Assembly (NCBI GenBank): GCA_031316235.1 | Contig: JALDRA010000001.1 | Span: forward strand, 1,710,001 to 1,742,000 | Origin: Candidatus Scalindua sp. | GTDB taxonomy: Bacteria; Planctomycetota; Brocadiia; Brocadiales; Scalinduaceae | Length of the DNA: 32,000 nt | Reading direction: 5' to 3' | Made by a program: the position numbers and the translations under genes | The notes under the pieces: model-generated | Seen by the model: the letters and a program-made list of their open reading frames with translations, nothing else | Database searches by the model: none | What the model was told of the DNA's origin: nothing | Shown here: one piece after another, positions 1 to 7,906 of the stretch | How positions within the stretch are numbered: the first letter of the stretch is position 1 | How the letters are laid out: each line of letters opens with the position of its first letter

Positions 1-72
1 CATGATCAACCGTAAACCATTTTTCAGGCTGTGCTCCTCCAGGTCTATCTTTATAGGGTTGTCATTAGCCAT
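1..72 (-). CDS. 5' end (24 codons) of a gene running off the left edge; possibly an M16 (pitrilysin/insulinase) family peptidase
   Basis: The reverse complement of 1-72 reads ATG GCT AAT GAC ... = MANDNPIKIDLEEHSLKNGLRLIM, with no stop before the edge. An N-terminal 'L-x-NGLR-[VL]-I' pattern is typical of M16 peptidases. Only 24 aa are visible and there is no clear SD. Confidence 0.3.
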   Translation of the reverse strand, partial: MANDNPIKIDLEEHSLKNGLRLIM

Positions 73-149
73 ATCCGGACATCACTTTTGTTTAATGCCT
101 GTGCAGAAAGAATTTACGGGAAACATGATCAATCATTACATATCGGTCT

Positions 150-1670
150 GCAGGTAAAGCAGACATGGGTGCATTCCCAATTTATTGTAAAATTTATTTA
201 ACAATTCGAAGACTTCTCTTAAATTTTTTATTTTTAATTCTTTCCTGGTCGTCCCTTTTGTATTTTTCGATAACTTTATCGTAAGTACCGTTATATTTCG
301 CGCATCTGATCTTGAGTATGTTATTAGCGTTTTGGATATACCACCAAGCTCCTGATCGTTTAAGCCTTGTATGGCTAATGAATTTATTGGCGCTTTCAAT
401 AGCACCGCTGCCAATGTGATATCCTCCACGCTTGGCGGAACTGTAATCCATCTTTTCACAATGATTTGTGAGATAGGTATAAAACTTGTCAATTTTATCT
501 TGAATATCTTGAGTTCGGGCTTTCATCTTTCCAAGACCGCCAAGCACCTCTTCATGGTAACCATAATATATTCTTGTCAGAGTCGCCTCACACCACTGTA
601 GAGACTCTCTTGTCTCTTTTCCGTAATGGGCATTGGCTACACCATGGACATACTCCGAGCAATGGTAATAGTCGAGAATCTCTTTTGCCGAGGGAAATAT
701 TTCTTTACATCGGTTCCAGATCCAGGGAGCACCGTCTCCTATAATTCCCAGGCGTATCTTCTCGTGGGGAATAAGCCCGGCTTCTTTGATCTTAACCAAG
801 TATTCTGCTAATTCGTGATCTGCACAAACCTGGTGCCAGCTAATTAAATGAATAATAGTTTGACCATCGATGAGATACAGTCTAAAACCTTTAATCTCTT
901 TGTATTCTCCCTTGCCTCTTTTCCCTTTACGGGGGTGAGGACTTGGCTCGGGACGCATCGGCCCGTGGGCTCCATCCAGGGCAAGCATCATAATGGGACG
1001 ACGAAACTTATCCACTGAGAGGTTTTCTATCTGCTTATCAATCTCTTCCCTGGGCGGGCAGACATCCAAAATTCCCACTTCTTGACCAATGGCATTCGTG
1101 GTCTCATGCATATGATGTTCACTCAGCTTTACTCCGGTTATTCTCTCGTAGGTTTCGCTGGCCGTCTCATAGGCCGTTTCGCTTGACAACCAGGCTTCCA
1201 CATCTTGCACATCATATTGCTTCGATGATTCAGACAATCCAAGGGCTTCGTCTAAAGGATAGTATCCTAAACGACACGCTCTGCAATAAAAATAAGGCCT
1301 GGTTAATTCAAATTGTCCGGCAAGGGTTTGGATAGTCTTGGATTGTTTTCCTTGTCTTTGCATACCCTTGCCGCATTCGGGGCAATCGCAGCTTTGCTGA
1401 TTCAATAAATGTCCAAATTTCCTCTCTATGAACCCAAGAATCAGTTGTCCTAATATCTCCGCTCTCTCTTCGAAAACAGCTTTTGAGATTTCTCCTAAAT
1501 CTTCCATTGAGTACTCTTCCTCAATCTTATCCAATCGGGTGTCTAAAAAACCATAAAATAAAGCTCTCCAGTTATCGGATGACTCTATCTTTCTTTTCAC
1601 CACACAAGTCAAAAATACCCCCTTTCAAAAGACTTCTATCGCTCCCTGAATACATCTATGGCGAATAGTA
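150..1670 (-). mobile_element. Insertion sequence of the ISKra4 family (single transposase ORF); ends not resolved
   Basis: The call rests on the transposase ORF at 194-1612. The only terminal inverted-repeat candidate I could find by eye is weak: 162-176 versus 1648-1662, 11/15 matches. The boundaries are therefore approximate. Confidence 0.4.
194..1612 (-). CDS. ISKra4-family transposase
   Basis: 472-aa ORF. It has an N-terminal Cys-rich zinc-finger-like block (CDCPECG ... YFYCRACRLGYYPLDEALGL) and an overall sequence pattern I recognise from proteins annotated as ISKra4-family transposases. The first codon is TTG (1612-1610), preceded by AAGGGGG with a 5-nt spacer. The first ATG is codon 36, so the true start is uncertain. 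Confidence 0.8.
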   Translation of the reverse strand: MTCVVKRKIESSDNWRALFYGFLDTRLDKIEEEYSMEDLGEISKAVFEERAEILGQLILGFIERKFGHLLNQQSCDCPECGKGMQRQGKQSKTIQTLAGQFELTRPYFYCRACRLGYYPLDEALGLSESSKQYDVQDVEAWLSSETAYETASETYERITGVKLSEHHMHETTNAIGQEVGILDVCPPREEIDKQIENLSVDKFRRPIMMLALDGAHGPMRPEPSPHPRKGKRGKGEYKEIKGFRLYLIDGQTIIHLISWHQVCADHELAEYLVKIKEAGLIPHEKIRLGIIGDGAPWIWNRCKEIFPSAKEILDYYHCSEYVHGVANAHYGKETRESLQWCEATLTRIYYGYHEEVLGGLGKMKARTQDIQDKIDKFYTYLTNHCEKMDYSSAKRGGYHIGSGAIESANKFISHTRLKRSGAWWYIQNANNILKIRCAKYNGTYDKVIEKYKRDDQERIKNKKFKRSLRIVK

Positions 1671-2299
1671 ACGCCTGACGTTCTAATACAGGCATGGATT
1701 TAAGTTTCGCTGTCCACCTTTTGGTCTTCCTCTTTATCCGTTCCCGCTCACGAAAGTTATTGCCAAGATAACGATAGTCGTGCAGTCCTACCGGAACACT
1801 AGTTCATCCATAACCACTCCGTTGCTACGCCATGATGACAGACGGCCTGAAAAGAATGTGTCTGCCAGCTACGCAATGATTCTTTGTATAAGGTTGACTC
1901 GTAACCGGATATCATCACCATGCAGGGAAGAGTTTTCAAAACTTCCAAAAGTTCGATGTGCTGCGCACGGCTATAGTCATATTTATATAGCCGTCCATAC
2001 TTTTTCCTTGTCTCGCGAAGATATGGTGGGTCACAATATACCAGTTCTTTTCCTGTGAAATGATAATTATTCAGATAATTAATTGCGTCATCATGGACCA
2101 GTTCAAAACCTATTGGATGCATATTTGTCCACATCTCAACAACTTCCGAGTCAATTTCTATCCCAAAATTACTCCTGGCAGGTCGTTTGTTCCGTATAAC
2201 AGCGCCACCACCCAAATGAGTCTCTATGTAGACATCATGGGGTGGCATAAGATTGATTAACTTTTGGAATACACCTCCTTTGCCGCCTGGATAATTCAT
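1636..2299 (-). pseudogene. D12/Dam-class N6-adenine DNA methyltransferase, apparently interrupted by a 1-nt frameshift / in-frame TAG at 1799-1801 (intact ORF part = 1799-2299)
   Basis: The 166-aa ORF carries YPGGKG, ETHLGGGAV (AdoMet-binding FxGxG-type motif) and CDPPY (catalytic motif IV). It stops right after ...EWLWMN. The +1 frame is then open for 54 codons down to a TAG at 1636-1638: SVPVGLHDYRYLGNNFRERERIKRKTKRWTAKLKSMPVLERQALLFAIDVFRER. This resembles the C-terminal tail of ~220-aa methylases of this subfamily as I remember them. No restriction endonuclease gene is adjacent. Confidence 0.55.
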
Positions 2300-2305
2300 G
2301 GAAGA

Positions 2306-2334
2306 ATTATCGTTGAAAACAACGAGGAAGTCAA
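2306..2334 (-). promoter_or_regulatory. Sigma-70-like promoter for the methylase, predicted to give a leaderless mRNA
   Basis: The minus strand reads TTGACT (2334-2329), a 17-nt spacer, then GATAAT (2311-2306). The ATG at 2299 lies 6 nt after the -10, at the expected transcription start. No SD precedes the ATG (tcttccATG). Confidence 0.4.
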
Positions 2335-2352
2335 GATCTTTTATTATATTTT

Positions 2353-2375
2353 ACAAAAAATCGGGAATGCTCCCG
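2353..2375 (-). terminator. Short intrinsic-terminator-like hairpin followed by a T-run (minus strand)
   Basis: CGGGA-atgc-TCCCG (2362-2375) is followed on the minus strand by ATTTTTTGT. The stem is only 5 bp. No minus-strand gene lies upstream of it. Confidence 0.3.
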
Positions 2376-2516
2376 CAGACATTTAATCATTACTCTTTTT
2401 CTCTTGAATCCCATTCCAGGAGAATAAAACTTTATAATAGTATGAAAAAGTAGTACTATTATACAATAATCTATCTAACTTGTACGTCTTTTTTCTGGAG
2501 AGAAAGTTTAAAATAA

Positions 2517-3836
2517 ATGAAGAGGAAAAAAGTCATTATAATGGGCGCTGCGGGAAGAGACTTTCACAATTTCAACGTTTTTTTCAAAAATAATGAACCA
2601 TATGAGGTTGTCGCTTTCACAGCAACACAAATACCAAACATCGTCGATAGAAGATATCCCAAAGACCTCGCAGGAGAATTATATCCAGATGGTATTCCCA
2701 TCCACGACGAAAATGAGCTGACCCATCTTATCAAGAAATATGATGTTAAAGAGGTTGTCTTCTCTTACAGCGATGTTTCACACGAAAATGTAATGCATAA
2801 GGCAAGTCTTGTTCAGGCTTCGGGCGCCAGTTTTGTTATTATGGGCGCTAACCAAACAATGCTGAAGAGCAAGCTGCCTGTTATTGCAATTTGTGCTGTC
2901 AGAACAGGATGCGGAAAGAGCGCAGCCACAAGAAGAGTCTGCCAGTTTTTAAAAGAAATGGGGAAAAAGATTGTTGTCATTCGCCACCCCATGCCATATG
3001 GGGATTTGGTAAAGCAGAGAGTGCAACGCTTTGAAACCTCTGAAGACCTTGTTGCTCATGAGTGTACTATTGAAGAGATTGAGGAGTACGAACCTCATAT
3101 TGAAGAGAAAACGGTTGTGTACGCCGGGGTTGATTACGAGGCCATCTTAAAAGAGGCGGAAAAGGAAGCAGACATAATCGTCTGGGATGGAGGGAACAAC
3201 GATTTACCTTTTCTTCAACCTGATATTTTTATAACCCTTGTTGATCCACATCGTCCGGGACACGAGGTAACCTTCTATCCCGGCGAAACCAATCTCATAC
3301 TCGCAGACATCATAATCATCAGCAAAGAAGATTCTGCCAGTGATGAGGACATACAGACCGTTAGAGAAAATATTAAAAAAATGAATCCTAAAGCATCCAT
3401 AATCGATGCAACCTTACACATCTCCGTTGAAGATTCCGAAAAGATTAAAGGCCGCAGGGTCCTTGCTGTCGAAGATGGACCAACGGTTACTCACGGGGGA
3501 ATGCCTTATGGCGCTGCCGTCATAGCTGCGAGAAGATACGAAGCTCTTATGCTTGTGGATCCGAGACCCTCTGCCACGGGAAGCATACAGGATACCTTCA
3601 GAAAGTATCCTGATATCGGCACTCTGCTGCCGGCAATGGGCTACGGACAAAAGCAGATTCTTGAACTTGAAGAAACCATTAATAATACTGATTGTGAAAT
3701 CGTTCTCTTGGGAACTCCTATCGATCTAAGGAGAAGAATGAAGATAAACAAACCCGTTATGAGGGCAAAGTATGAGTTTCAGGAACTCGGCAGCCCGAGG
3801 TTGAAGAGGATAATAAAAGAGTTTATTACGAGATAG
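2517..3836 (+). CDS. P-loop NTPase of the COG2403 / cyclic-2,3-diphosphoglycerate-synthetase-like family (function unknown)
   Basis: 439-aa ORF. It has an N-terminal Rossmann-like VIIMGAAGRDFHNF, a Walker A motif (AVRTGCGKSAATRR) and a Walker B-like IIVWDGGNND. The overall pattern matches what I recall for COG2403 'predicted GTPase'. The stop lies 3 nt before the carbamate kinase ATG. Confidence 0.6.
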   Translation: MKRKKVIIMGAAGRDFHNFNVFFKNNEPYEVVAFTATQIPNIVDRRYPKDLAGELYPDGIPIHDENELTHLIKKYDVKEVVFSYSDVSHENVMHKASLVQASGASFVIMGANQTMLKSKLPVIAICAVRTGCGKSAATRRVCQFLKEMGKKIVVIRHPMPYGDLVKQRVQRFETSEDLVAHECTIEEIEEYEPHIEEKTVVYAGVDYEAILKEAEKEADIIVWDGGNNDLPFLQPDIFITLVDPHRPGHEVTFYPGETNLILADIIIISKEDSASDEDIQTVRENIKKMNPKASIIDATLHISVEDSEKIKGRRVLAVEDGPTVTHGGMPYGAAVIAARRYEALMLVDPRPSATGSIQDTFRKYPDIGTLLPAMGYGQKQILELEETINNTDCEIVLLGTPIDLRRRMKINKPVMRAKYEFQELGSPRLKRIIKEFITR

Positions 3837-3839
3837 AAG

Positions 3840-4793
3840 ATGGCAAGGAAAAGAAAAAAAATTGCGGTAGTCGCTTTAGGTGGTAATGCTCTTATACTAC
3901 CAGGTGAAAAAGGGACAATACAGGAGCAGTTTTTCAATACACAGAAAAGTATTGAAGGCATAGTGCATTGTATAAAAAGGGGATTTGATGTCGTAATAAC
4001 TCATGGAAATGGCCCTCAGGTTGGAAACTTGTTATTGATGGTTGAATTAAGTCGAGGCAAAGTACCCGAACTCCCTTTAGGAGTCTGTGTAGCAGATACC
4101 GAAGGTGCGATTGGTTATATGATTCAGCAGGCGCTTATAAATCAGCTGAGGAAAGAGTGCATAAAAAAATGTGTTGTTACAATTTTAACCCAGGTAATAG
4201 TTGATAAAGACGACATCGCTTTTAAAAACCCGACAAAACCGATTGGCTCTTTCTTCTCAAAAGAGGAGGCAGGAATTTTCTGCAGGGAAAAGGGTTGGAA
4301 GATGGTTGAAGATAGCAACAGGGGGTATCGAAGGGTTGTTGCTTCACCTAATCCACTCAAGATTGTAGAAGAAGAATCCATCAGGAGACTTTTAGATTCG
4401 GGAGAAATCGTTATTGCAGTTGGAGGCGGCGGCATACCCGTAATCATTGGGGAAGATGGTTCCCTGGAGGGGGTGGATGTTGTTATAGACAAGGATCTTG
4501 CTTCGTATGTTCTCGCACGTGATATAAAGGCCAATTACTTGTTTATGCTTACAGGTGTGGAGAAGGTTTATCTCAACTTTGGTAAATCCAGCCAGAAACC
4601 ACTCGATACAATCACCAGAGAGGAGGCTGAAAGATATATGAAGGAAAATCATTTCCCCGAAGGAAGCATGCTGCCTAAAATTCAGGCAGCCATTAACTTC
4701 TTAAAAGGGGGTGGTGAAACAGTGTTTATTACGGCCATAGATAAGGTCAAAGAGTCTATTATGGGCCAGACAGGCACTAGAATTATTCCATAA
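3840..4793 (+). CDS. arcC: Carbamate kinase
   Basis: 317-aa ORF. It carries IAVVALGGNAL ... VVITHGNGPQVGNLLL ... IAVGGGGIPV, the hallmark motifs of the carbamate kinase / amino-acid-kinase fold. Confidence 0.85.
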   Translation: MARKRKKIAVVALGGNALILPGEKGTIQEQFFNTQKSIEGIVHCIKRGFDVVITHGNGPQVGNLLLMVELSRGKVPELPLGVCVADTEGAIGYMIQQALINQLRKECIKKCVVTILTQVIVDKDDIAFKNPTKPIGSFFSKEEAGIFCREKGWKMVEDSNRGYRRVVASPNPLKIVEEESIRRLLDSGEIVIAVGGGGIPVIIGEDGSLEGVDVVIDKDLASYVLARDIKANYLFMLTGVEKVYLNFGKSSQKPLDTITREEAERYMKENHFPEGSMLPKIQAAINFLKGGGETVFITAIDKVKESIMGQTGTRIIP

Positions 4794-4826
4794 ATTTTTA
4801 AACAATTAAGAGACAGGATTTATTGT

Positions 4827-5732
4827 ATGACTGAAGAGGTACCGCACAAATTTAAATCTGGATTTGTAACAATGTGGGGAAGACCGAATGTCGGCAAGTC
4901 AACACTGCTTAATACGCTCGTTGGTGAAAAAGTTGCAATTGTTACACCAAGGCCTCAAACCACGCGTAATAGAGTAATGGGCATTTGTGAGATGGAGGAG
5001 GGGCAGATTGTCTTTTTAGACACCCCTGGGATTCTAAAAAAACCAAAGCAAAAACTAGACGAATACCTGGTAAAATCAGCTCGCACCTGTCTGAGGGATG
5101 CTGACGTAGTATTGTTTGTCGTGGACGCTACAACTCAGCCCCACGGTGACGATAGACGGGCAGCAAAATTATTACGCCCTATTAACAAGAACATCCTGCT
5201 GGTTGTTAACAAGATAGATATTTCAGACCTTTCCCACCTTGAAGAGCGTATAGATCAATTCAGACAGCTTGGTAACTTTGCGGGTGGTGTTGCTGTTTCA
5301 GCTACAGCCCGGATAAACATTAAGATGCTGGTCGATAAGATACTGGATCTATTGCCTGAAAATCCTGCATACTATCCGGAAGGAACCATCACAGACCAAC
5401 AAGAGAAATTGTCAGTTTCAGAGATTATTCGTGAACAGACGTTACTCGTAGTAAGGCAGGAAGTCCCCCATGGTGTAGCTGTCGTAATAAACGAATTGAC
5501 TCCAAGAAGCAAAAAACTCACTTACATTTCTGCAACCATATTTGTAGAAAAACCTACTCATAAACAGATTATTGTTGGTGAAAAGGGCACTATGTTAAAA
5601 GAGATAGGGAAGGCATCACGAGAAAATATCCAAAAGTTATTAGACACAAAAGTCTATCTGGATCTCTGGGTTAAACTTGTGAAAAATTGGAGGAAAGATG
5701 AGAACGCATTGCGACGTTTTGGGTATAAATGA
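4827..5732 (+). CDS. era: GTPase Era
   Basis: 301-aa ORF. It has G1 GRPNVGKSTLLN, G2 PQTTRN, G3 DTPG and G4 NKID, plus a C-terminal KH domain (VVRQEVPHGVAV ... LDLWVKLVKNWR). Confidence 0.92.
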   Translation: MTEEVPHKFKSGFVTMWGRPNVGKSTLLNTLVGEKVAIVTPRPQTTRNRVMGICEMEEGQIVFLDTPGILKKPKQKLDEYLVKSARTCLRDADVVLFVVDATTQPHGDDRRAAKLLRPINKNILLVVNKIDISDLSHLEERIDQFRQLGNFAGGVAVSATARINIKMLVDKILDLLPENPAYYPEGTITDQQEKLSVSEIIREQTLLVVRQEVPHGVAVVINELTPRSKKLTYISATIFVEKPTHKQIIVGEKGTMLKEIGKASRENIQKLLDTKVYLDLWVKLVKNWRKDENALRRFGYK

Positions 5733-5993
5733 AGCATCTTCTGTTTTTTTCCGACACACGTATATTCTCTGAATCCAGTAAGCTTTCTAAAACGTTGGCT
5801 GGATCAAGAGATCAAATCGAGAGCAGAACGGTATCACGCCTGAGAAAACTGTTGACGGCTACCTGAAATGCAGGCAGGATACCCCCATCCACCAGCACTT
5901 GTGCCACCAGAGATATCATAGATAATATTGTCCTCTTCACCAGGACCCACACCCTAATGATAAGGGATTTTATAAAAAGTTCAATGCTGAGTC

Positions 5994-7034
5994 TTAATAA
6001 TCCTGCGGGTATCCAGTCCATAAATACATCAGTCTCGGAAAATTATCTTCTCCTGCCATGGGATACAGGTCAAACGTAATGCTGTGATGACCGGAGAGCT
6101 TATTCATGGTAACAGCAAAAAGCTCTGACAGGTTGAACATCCTCTTATACCTGATAACTTTTGCCTCCTCCAGTCCCGACATTTCTTTGGCAGCGGAGAT
6201 GGTATCCTCAAGATAACCCAATTGATCGACTAATCCATTCTCAACAGCATGACTTCCGGTAAAAATCCTCCCGTCTGCGAGTTTCCTCACATCTTCAATC
6301 TTCATACTCCTGCCATCGGATATTATCTGCAGAAACCTGGTATACATCTCATCTACTATGTCACGCAGAACCCTCCGTTCCTCCTCTGACATCTCCTTGA
6401 AAGGTGAACCGATGTCCTTCATATCCCCCGACTTAATCGACGTAACCGCAATTCCGTATTTCTTTGCCAGATCTGCAACATTAACCAGAGGCATAATTAC
6501 TCCGATGCTCCCTGTAATGGTTGTAGGATGAGCGATGATCCTGTCTGCAGCAGCTGATATGTAATACGCTCCCGATGCCGCTACATCCCGCATGATGACA
6601 AGAACCTTTTTCTCTGTTATTTCTTTAAAAGCCAAAACCTCTTTATAGAGAATATCGCTTGCCGTTATTCCACCACCGGGGCTGTCGATATCCAGTATTA
6701 CGGCCTTAACCCTGGTATCTTCACGTGCCTGATCAAGCTGTTTTTTCACGTCTTCAACCAAACTCGGTGTTTCCAGGAGCATGTTTTTGGTTGATTGGGC
6801 GGTAATCACTCCCTTTATGGGAATGATTACAATCTTATCCTCTCCTGAACCTTCTACAACCACTTCCGCAAGTTTCTTAGTGCTCTTTTCTTCCTCACTT
6901 GGAGATAATGCCCCCTTTATGACAAAAACCACCATAAGTGAAAAAAACAAGGCTATGCAACACAAAAAAAAGAAGATTGCAAGTGCCGTTGAAATCCAGA
7001 AGCCGGTTCTCCCTCTTTTTTCCGGGCTCTTCAT
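5994..7034 (-). CDS. sppA: Signal peptide peptidase SppA (36K type)
   Basis: It has an N-terminal TM helix followed by ILDIDSPGGGITASD and VAASGAYYIS, the motifs of the ClpP/crotonase-fold S49 peptidases. The ORF track extends to a TTG at 7055. I prefer the ATG at 7034 (MKSPEKRGRTGFW...). Confidence 0.88.
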   Translation of the reverse strand: MKSPEKRGRTGFWISTALAIFFFLCCIALFFSLMVVFVIKGALSPSEEEKSTKKLAEVVVEGSGEDKIVIIPIKGVITAQSTKNMLLETPSLVEDVKKQLDQAREDTRVKAVILDIDSPGGGITASDILYKEVLAFKEITEKKVLVIMRDVAASGAYYISAAADRIIAHPTTITGSIGVIMPLVNVADLAKKYGIAVTSIKSGDMKDIGSPFKEMSEEERRVLRDIVDEMYTRFLQIISDGRSMKIEDVRKLADGRIFTGSHAVENGLVDQLGYLEDTISAAKEMSGLEEAKVIRYKRMFNLSELFAVTMNKLSGHHSITFDLYPMAGEDNFPRLMYLWTGYPQDY

Positions 7035-7155
7035 ACTATCTCGCTCAATTTCCAAAATATTTACCCCTCAGGAATACGGATGCACCGGAAACAGACTCTG
7101 CTTGAATAAGATTTTGAATGCCCGGGCAGATTGCTCTCAACCACCATATCACAAG

Positions 7156-7184
7156 ATTGTAGTGAGTGTACGTCAGGATGTCAA
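7156..7184 (-). promoter_or_regulatory. Sigma-70-like promoter upstream of sppA
   Basis: The minus strand reads TTGACA (7184-7179), a 17-nt spacer, then TACAAT (7161-7156). It lies about 100 nt upstream of the sppA start. Confidence 0.5.
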
Positions 7185-7203
7185 CAAATTTGAACCGAGG
7201 GTC

Positions 7204-7797
7204 TCACCCTTTGTATCCTTTTTCCCTAAAAGGCATATGCTCTATGCCGACCGAAGCAAGGATCTTGCCTACGATAAAGTCAATTTGTTCTTCAATGGTT
7301 TTCGGGTGAGAGTAGTAGCCAGGCATTGCCGGCAATATACAGGCCCGCGCCTGAGATAACTTCAGCATTCCTTCAAGATGAATAGATGTCAAGGGTGTTT
7401 CACGGGGCACAACAACCAATTTTCGCTCTTCCTTTAAGTTGACACTTGCAACTCGCTGAACAAGATTAGACGAAATACCATACGCAATGGAACAGAGAGT
7501 ATTCATGCTGCATGGCACAATAATCATTGCCTCAGTTTCGAATGTACCACTTGAAATGGGAGCAGCAATATCTTCCACATTATAATGGGTAACATGAGCT
7601 TTTTCCCGACCGATGAATTTGCTGATATCGAAATCACCCTGATCCAATGAAATACCTAATTCGTGTTGTATCACTTTTATGGCGGCTTCTGAAACGATCA
7701 GGTGTATATAATAAGGTTTATCACATAACACCTGTAAAAGGCGCTGTCCATACACAACACCGCTCGCTCCCGTAATGGCCACAACAACGTTTTTCAT
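7204..7797 (-). CDS. ubiX: Flavin prenyltransferase UbiX
   Basis: MKNVVVAITGASGVVYGQRLLQVL ... IVPCSMNTL ... VVPRETPL is the classic UbiX/Pad1 flavoprotein pattern. The ORF track starts 22 codons further upstream (7863). The ATG at 7797 gives the canonical N-terminus. Confidence 0.88.
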   Translation of the reverse strand: MKNVVVAITGASGVVYGQRLLQVLCDKPYYIHLIVSEAAIKVIQHELGISLDQGDFDISKFIGREKAHVTHYNVEDIAAPISSGTFETEAMIIVPCSMNTLCSIAYGISSNLVQRVASVNLKEERKLVVVPRETPLTSIHLEGMLKLSQARACILPAMPGYYSHPKTIEEQIDFIVGKILASVGIEHMPFREKGYKG

Positions 7798-7906
7798 AAC
7801 ACTACCCTTTATGTAACAAATTGAACGAGATAAAGAACAGGCTCTTTTACAACAGTAACGCAATTACATCGTTACAAACCAACTCTTTATCAGAAAACCA
7901 AACATT

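Noticed and set aside
136-811. Small ORFs (118, 76 and 61 aa) overlapping the transposase gene
   Set aside because: They lie inside, or antisense to, the 472-aa transposase ORF, which explains the region.
162-1662. Candidate terminal inverted repeats of the IS (162-176 versus 1648-1662)
   Set aside because: Only 11 of 15 positions match, which could easily arise by chance when scanning by eye. They were not used to define the element ends.
5812-6021. 69-aa minus-strand ORF in the 261-bp convergent gap between era and sppA
   Set aside because: It overlaps the last 28 nt of sppA in another frame and has no SD. The sequence is hydrophobic but not TM-like and carries no motif. A weak GAAG-cat-CTTC hairpin plus T7 at about 5733-5752 is more likely the era terminator.
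6781-7359. 192-aa plus-strand ORF
   Set aside because: It is antisense to sppA and the 3' end of ubiX and spans the sppA promoter region. It has no recognisable domain.
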